Source: Planctomycetota bacterium
Lineage (GTDB): Bacteria > Planctomycetota > GCA-002687715 > DRQF01
NCBI GenBank assembly: GCA_036479435.1
Contig: JAZGFI010000017.1
Span: 1-64,000 of the forward strand
DNA length: 64,000 nucleotides
Reading direction: 5' to 3'
Part shown: one piece after another, positions 58,706 to 64,000 of the stretch
How the letters are laid out: every line of letters starts with the position of its first letter
How positions within the stretch are numbered: the first letter of the stretch is position 1
Translations under genes and position numbers: made by a program
Notes under the pieces: generated by a model
What the model saw: the letters and a program-made list of their open reading frames with translations, nothing else
Told to the model about the DNA's origin: nothing
Databases searched by the model: none

Positions 58706-60292
58706 ATGGTGAAAACCCCTTACGTGATGCGACTCGCAGTCTTTTGGTGTGCGACTTTTTTGATCGCCGGTGCCCTTGTCGCCCAAGCTGGCGGAAGCAA
58801 GCCGACGAAATCGGCCAACGCTCCGGCGAAAGGCGAAGAGAAAAAGGACGACGACGACAAGAAGAAAGATCGCTGGTTGCACATTCACAACGTGGATGTG
58901 TATCCCGTGGCCGGACCGATTCGGCGCCGCGCGGAGATTCTCGTCAAGAACGAGAAAATCGAAGCGATCGGCCGCAATCTTGATGTTCCAGAAGACGCCG
59001 AAAAATTAGACGGCATGGGATTTCGCGCCTATCCCGGCCTGGTCGCCCTCAATGGATCGGGCATCGTTCCGCGCGCGAGCGGCAAGATCGAAGACACTTC
59101 GCATCCGAGCGGTCTTTGGAACATCCTCGCGTTGGCCCATGGCATCACCACGGTGATCACGGGGACGACGGCGGTGAAAGTCCAGATGGACTCCATCGAA
59201 AACTACGTCCTGCGTAAAAGCCTCTACCTTGCCATGGCGTATTCCGCCCGCAATCCGCGCGCGAAAGTGCAGCTGCGATCTGACCTCCGCAAGGCTTTCA
59301 ACTTTCTTCGTCAAAAGCGTAGCGGCGAAAAGAAAAGTGCCAAAACTACGAAGTCGAGTGCAAAGGGTGGAGCTAAGTCCGCGAGCTCGAAGAAGCCCAA
59401 AAAAGCAGCGTCGGCTCAAAAACAGCTGGGGGGCGCGGCTCGCTACCTTCCCCTGTTGGAAGGCAAGACCACCGCGGTCTTCAACGTCTCCTCAACTCAG
59501 GAGATCCGCGACGTTTGCGACTTGGTGCGAACTTTTGGTTTCCGAACTGTCATTCGCGGAGCGGTACACGGGTGGACCGTGCCTGGCGACATGGGACGAG
59601 CGGGCGTGATGGCCATTGTTAGTCCTCGCGACCGTGATGACCCGGATGATGGACTCAACCGACCCACGGGTTCGACGGTGGCCAACGCCGCGATCTTGCA
59701 CCAGCACGGTGTCCGCGTTGCCATTTCTTCGATCGGCAATACCGTTGACCTGGACGGTAGTCCTGGACGCGATGCTGTTTCACTTGCCTTTGACGCGGGT
59801 GCCGCTGTCGGCGGAGGGTTGCCCAATGATGAGGCGATTCGCGCCATCACCCACACCGCTGCGCAGTGCTATCAACTTGACGATCGTGTTGGTTCGCTCG
59901 AAGTCGGCAAGGACGCCGATATTATCATTGTCGACGGCGAGCTTTTGCATTACGCCACCCATGTGCAATGGGCGATCGTAAACGGCAAGCTTTGCTACGA
60001 CAAAGAGAAAGAATCGCTGTTGAGGTCGATCCGATCGCGCAACCCGAAGAAGGAAAAAGACAACGCGCCCTGGTGGCCGCGCCCCTTCGCGGAAATGCCA
60101 GACTCATGGACTTACGATCCCGCCAAGGTCGCCGCTGAACGCGAAGCCGCGAAGAAGAAGGAAGACGGCGAGAAAAAGGGTGACGAGAAAAAAGAGCCCG
60201 AAGACAAAAAGCCCGCCGACGCCAAGGACAAGGGCGACGACGACAAGGCAACGAAGGAAAAAGCCAAAGGCGACAAGCCCGTCAAGGGCTAG
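58706..60292 (+). CDS. Secreted amidohydrolase-fold protein 8, HxH lost, Lys-rich insert and charged tail
   Basis: Signal peptide LVA|Q, PGLVALNGS and VGSLEVGKDADIIIVDG. The start is uncertain (58673-58727). Confidence 0.85.
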   Translation: MVKTPYVMRLAVFWCATFLIAGALVAQAGGSKPTKSANAPAKGEEKKDDDDKKKDRWLHIHNVDVYPVAGPIRRRAEILVKNEKIEAIGRNLDVPEDAEKLDGMGFRAYPGLVALNGSGIVPRASGKIEDTSHPSGLWNILALAHGITTVITGTTAVKVQMDSIENYVLRKSLYLAMAYSARNPRAKVQLRSDLRKAFNFLRQKRSGEKKSAKTTKSSAKGGAKSASSKKPKKAASAQKQLGGAARYLPLLEGKTTAVFNVSSTQEIRDVCDLVRTFGFRTVIRGAVHGWTVPGDMGRAGVMAIVSPRDRDDPDDGLNRPTGSTVANAAILHQHGVRVAISSIGNTVDLDGSPGRDAVSLAFDAGAAVGGGLPNDEAIRAITHTAAQCYQLDDRVGSLEVGKDADIIIVDGELLHYATHVQWAIVNGKLCYDKEKESLLRSIRSRNPKKEKDNAPWWPRPFAEMPDSWTYDPAKVAAEREAAKKKEDGEKKGDEKKEPEDKKPADAKDKGDDDKATKEKAKGDKPVKG

Positions 60293-60307
60293 TCCCCACG
60301 GACGCTC

Positions 60308-60904
60308 ATGACCGGGAACGTTCCCTTTGTACACGCCACCGCCCTGGTTGAAGAGGGCGCACACCTCGGGGCTGGCTGCAAAATCTGGCACCAAGTTCAC
60401 ATCATGGCGGGGGCTTGGATAGGACCCAGGGTCGTGATTGGCAAGAACGGGTTCGTCGCTTCGACAGTGGTAGTCGGCGAGAGTTGCCGCATTCAGAACA
60501 ACGTGTCGCTTTACGATGGCGTGACTTTGGGCGCTGGGGTCTTTGTGGGACCGTCCGCGGTTTTTACCAACGTCAAGCGTCCGCGGGCCCGATTTCCGCG
60601 CCGGGACACCTACGCTGAGACGCGTGTTGACGACGATGCCACCATCGGAGCCAACGCGACGATTCTGTGCGGCACTCACATCGCCGAAGCTGCGATGATC
60701 GCGGCGGGAGCCGTGGTGACCTGTGATGTACCGGCCTTTTGCCTGGTCGGTGGAGCGCCCGCTCGGCGCATGGGCTGGGTTTGTCGCTGCGGAGAAGCGC
60801 TTGTGGTCCGGGACGATGATTCTGATCATGAGGTCAGTTGTGACGAATGCGGGCGCGACTATTCGTTTTCGCATCGCCATTCATTGATGTCGGAATTGAA
60901 GTAA
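60308..60904 (+). CDS. Hexapeptide-repeat N-acetyltransferase (WbpD-like) with C-terminal Cys4 ribbon
   Basis: FVHATALVE, CRIQNNVSLYDGV, FVGPSAVFTN, IGANATILCG and WVCRCG...CDECG. Confidence 0.85.
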   Translation: MTGNVPFVHATALVEEGAHLGAGCKIWHQVHIMAGAWIGPRVVIGKNGFVASTVVVGESCRIQNNVSLYDGVTLGAGVFVGPSAVFTNVKRPRARFPRRDTYAETRVDDDATIGANATILCGTHIAEAAMIAAGAVVTCDVPAFCLVGGAPARRMGWVCRCGEALVVRDDDSDHEVSCDECGRDYSFSHRHSLMSELK

Positions 60905-60919
60905 ACCGATCACTGTTTT

Positions 60920-62059
60920 TTGATCCCGGAGCCGAGCTTGGATGCCATCCCTTTTATCGACCTGAAAGCACAGTACGCCGGGACCAAAGATCAGGTTCGC
61001 GCCGTGGTTGATGCCGTTTTCGAAGATCAGGCTTTCATTCTCGGTGAGACCGTCTCCAGATTTGAAGAAGACTATGCGGCTTGGCTGGGTTTGCCGAAAG
61101 GGAGCGCGGTGGGAGTGTCCTCCGGGACCGACGCGCTGCTTGTTACGCTCATGGCGCTCGGGGTCGGACCGGGTGACAAGGTCCTAACCACGCCCTTCAG
61201 TTTCTTTGCGACGGCGGGGGTCATCGCGAGGCTGCACGCAACGCCGGTGTTTGTCGATATCGATCCGATCACGTTTAATCTCGACCCTGCCGCCCTGAAA
61301 GGGCTCGATCCCGAAGATTTTAAAGCCCTCATTGTCGTGCATCTCTACGGTCGCTGTGCTGACATGCGGTCGATCCGAGACTGGGCGGATGCGTCGGGCT
61401 TGCCGCTAGTAGAAGACGCGGCACAGGCTGTCGGTGCCAAAGATGAGGGAGGTGCGCCGGTTGGTGGCTTGGGGCGTGCCGCCTGTTTCTCTTTTTTCCC
61501 CACCAAAAATCTTGGTGCTGCAGGTGACGGCGGCTGTGTCACTTCTCTAGATCCTGAGTTCACATCGAAAATCCGTGCCTTGCGCACGCACGGTGCGGTC
61601 CGCCCCTACGACAGCGACATCATTGGCGGCAACTTCCGTTTGGATGCTCTTCAGGCCGCCGTACTCGGCGCGAAGCTTCCGTTTTTAGACGACTGGAATC
61701 GGCGACGGCTCGAGAACGCCGCCGCCTACAACCAGTATTTCCGCGATCGCGGTCTTGAGGGGCGGATGGGCCTGCCGGAGCTTCCGCTTGACGACAGCTA
61801 CGTGGCACATCAATACGTGCTGAGATTGCCGAACCGAGATGAGGTTGCCGCAAAGTTGGCGGAGCAGGGCATCGGATGTGCGATTTATTATCCCAAGCCG
61901 CTACACCTCATGGATTGCTTTTCGCGGCTGGGGTACGCAGAGGGCTCTCTCCCCGAGGCTGAGCGGGCGTCTCGGGAGGTCTTGGCGCTGCCCATTTTTC
62001 CCGAGCTTGGGCAAAAACGCCACCGGCGGGTCGCGGAGGCGGTCGCCGCCCTAGTTTGA
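60920..62059 (+). CDS. DegT/DnrJ/EryC1/StrS sugar aminotransferase (WbpE-like)
   Basis: IPFIDLKAQY, SSGTDAL, VEDAAQA, SFFPTKNLGAAGDGG and LALPIFPEL. Confidence 0.92.
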   Translation: MIPEPSLDAIPFIDLKAQYAGTKDQVRAVVDAVFEDQAFILGETVSRFEEDYAAWLGLPKGSAVGVSSGTDALLVTLMALGVGPGDKVLTTPFSFFATAGVIARLHATPVFVDIDPITFNLDPAALKGLDPEDFKALIVVHLYGRCADMRSIRDWADASGLPLVEDAAQAVGAKDEGGAPVGGLGRAACFSFFPTKNLGAAGDGGCVTSLDPEFTSKIRALRTHGAVRPYDSDIIGGNFRLDALQAAVLGAKLPFLDDWNRRRLENAAAYNQYFRDRGLEGRMGLPELPLDDSYVAHQYVLRLPNRDEVAAKLAEQGIGCAIYYPKPLHLMDCFSRLGYAEGSLPEAERASREVLALPIFPELGQKRHRRVAEAVAALV

Positions 62060-62254
62060 GGAATGAGCCCGTTTCATGGGCCCGCTCAAGAACAATGACC
62101 TCGTTAAACCGCACGGCGCCGTCTTTGCCCCTCGCTCCATCGCGAGATCCTCGGCGCAAGAAGCGAAAATGGGGGAGCAATTGTCGCGAACAACCGTTGT
62201 GTAGGATAGAGGTTGGGATTCGCTCGACCTCGTGGCAGGGATGGCGGTCCTAAG

Positions 62255-62884
62255 ATGACGCTGAAGCGAGACTTCGGGTCCGAGACAGAACTTGCTGCGA
62301 CCCGGGGCGAGAGTTCTGACGAGGTTCTGATGGTGCGGGTCGCCGAGGGCGATGTTGAGGCCTATGAGGCGCTCTATCACCGCTATCGCAACCGGATCCT
62401 GACCTTCGTGTTTCGATACGTCGGAGATCGTGATATCGCAGAGGATCTCGCCCAAGAGGTCTTTTTGAAGCTTTATCGCTCACCGAGGTCCTTTGATCCG
62501 CGCAATCGCTTCATGACTTGGCTGTTCACGGTGGCGCGCAACCTCGCCATTGACCATTTGCGAAAGAAAAAGCCCGCTACGGCTTTGACGCAAGAGGGAG
62601 AGGACGGCGAGTTCTCGCTGGAGCCACCGGAACCCTTGAATCAGGGACCCGTCGACAAAACACTGCTGAAGGAAATGGAGGAGAACCTCCAGTCGATTCT
62701 GATGACCTTAAGCGACAAACTTCGCGAGGTGTTTGTGCTCTGCGCCATGCAAGGATTGGCTTACGAAGAGGTGGCTCAGATTGTTGGTTGTCCGGCCAAA
62801 ACGGTGAGTTCTCGTCTCGCGAGGGCGCGCCGGCGCTTCGTTGAAGAGCTGGACCCCTACCTCAGCGGAAAGAAAAGCCCCTGA
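62255..62884 (+). CDS. ECF RNA polymerase sigma factor
   Basis: DEVLM..V..GD.EAYEALY, AEDLAQEVF, FMTWLFTVARN..IDHLR and GLAYEEVAQIVGCPAKTVSSRLARAR. Confidence 0.93.
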   Translation: MTLKRDFGSETELAATRGESSDEVLMVRVAEGDVEAYEALYHRYRNRILTFVFRYVGDRDIAEDLAQEVFLKLYRSPRSFDPRNRFMTWLFTVARNLAIDHLRKKKPATALTQEGEDGEFSLEPPEPLNQGPVDKTLLKEMEENLQSILMTLSDKLREVFVLCAMQGLAYEEVAQIVGCPAKTVSSRLARARRRFVEELDPYLSGKKSP

Positions 62885-64000
62885 TGCCGTTGACCTGCCC
62901 CGACACCGAAGAGCTGTTCAGCCGGCGCATTGACGCGCGTTTGAGTTCCGTGGAAGACCTTGCCTTTATCGAACACCTCGATGCTTGCCATTCCTGCGCG
63001 GACGCCTACTACCGCTACGAGACGATTTTTTCGGCGGTTTCAGGCGTCCCAGAGTTGACGACGGTGGCTCCTGCGCCGATGCCCGCCGATTCGACGAACT
63101 TCCTTAAGCCCGTTCAGAGAAAGCCTCTGGTGCCGCGTTGGATTTCGGCGGCGGCGCTAGTCTTGTTGCTGACGGGAGTCGGCAAGTTCGCCTTCGACTT
63201 CGGCCGCAAGACGCCGGCGGTGTTCGGGCCTGATCGGTTCTCATCCCTGGCCCAAGTTGACCCTACCTCCATCGAATTTCCGGCGGAGTCACCGGGAAGA
63301 CGTTTGCGGCGCTTCCGCGAGAACGCTGACAATCTCTACCACCTCGCTAGAGTCTCGAAGACTCGCCAGGCTGATCCGAATCGAATGGTCCGAGTTTTTG
63401 ACGACTACATCTCGGGCAGTCCTTTGCGGGAAGATCTCCGTTTCCTCAGGGACATGGACCAGGTGAGCCTCGGCAGTTTTCGGGTGCCGGTTCGCCAGTT
63501 CACTGATGACGTCGGTCGCCTGCTGGCTCAGATTGACTTTGAGATCAAGCGATCCGGGCGGGCTCAGTTGCGAATTCGCCGCATTCAGCAGGCGATTGAG
63601 CGGTCGGAAGTACGGCGGCAGTCGGTGCGTCTGCAACAAGTTAGTCGCTTCTATGATTTTCCCGAGATTTCAGAAGAACAGCGCGTGACACTCCGTGGCG
63701 AGAGTCAGAACCGAGGTTTTTCTGGTGCCTGCATTAGCCTCTCGTTTGGCTTTTTCGAAGACGCTTCCCGACGCCTTGAGGGCGTTGTCGAGGGTGGTGA
63801 CGAGGGGCTCCGCGAACCAGCTGCCTTCTTTTCGCTCTTTCGCGGTCTTTCGGCGCGTATTGACATCAAGGGTGAACAGCTGAAAGGCTTCGGAGACATC
63901 TTTGGTGGGAGCAAACTCAAAGTCATTGCCACGCCGAGTGCGACCGACGGTCAGCTCATCATCGAACTCGAAAACCTAGGGCCCGATGGGCCCAAGCGAC
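62884..64000 (+). CDS. Zinc-finger (ZAS/zf-HC2) transmembrane anti-sigma factor, partial (runs off the window)
   Basis: Not in the ORF track. Translated by hand from ATG 62884 (TGATG overlap): MPLTCPDTEELFSRRIDARLS...EHLDACHSCA, TM RWISAAALVLLLTGVG, and the frame is open to 64000. Confidence 0.85.
   Translation, partial: MPLTCPDTEELFSRRIDARLSSVEDLAFIEHLDACHSCADAYYRYETIFSAVSGVPELTTVAPAPMPADSTNFLKPVQRKPLVPRWISAAALVLLLTGVGKFAFDFGRKTPAVFGPDRFSSLAQVDPTSIEFPAESPGRRLRRFRENADNLYHLARVSKTRQADPNRMVRVFDDYISGSPLREDLRFLRDMDQVSLGSFRVPVRQFTDDVGRLLAQIDFEIKRSGRAQLRIRRIQQAIERSEVRRQSVRLQQVSRFYDFPEISEEQRVTLRGESQNRGFSGACISLSFGFFEDASRRLEGVVEGGDEGLREPAAFFSLFRGLSARIDIKGEQLKGFGDIFGGSKLKVIATPSATDGQLIIELENLGPDGPKR

Noticed and set aside
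46927..60292. Amidohydrolase array as pseudogenes or a collapsed-repeat assembly artefact
   Set aside because: All ORFs are intact with signal peptides and tight spacing, and the paralogs are too diverged to be assembly duplicates.

Overview
64 kb of chromosome from a moderately GC-rich bacterium. It is most consistent with Planctomycetota (inference from Hanks-type Ser/Thr kinases, a membrane-fused ECF sigma, a prenyltransferase-repeat protein and tRNA/tmRNA genes without encoded CCA). Core genes are an ArsR-methyltransferase (SahR-like) regulator with metH, tex, tmRNA with smpB, tRNA-Leu(CAG), a ppx-like gene, dgt-rnc-mfd-surA-like, rpsT, def-ribF and tRNA-Phe(GAA). Accessory regions are (i) 7.2-19 kb beside tmRNA, with a secreted protein, a kinase, a pentaheme lipoprotein cytochrome, a displaced 54-bp tmRNA fragment and a kinase-FGE/CLec protein whose 3' end looks like a DGR variable region, and (ii) a pilin/pseudopilin cluster after tRNA-Phe. 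The most striking feature is a 13.4-kb run of eight signal-peptide-bearing amidohydrolase paralogs (nine domains). Only one keeps the complete metal-binding site, and several carry unrelated inserts at the same structural position, which suggests an undescribed secreted enzyme/pseudoenzyme hetero-oligomer. All calls come from reading motifs by eye; no searches were run.
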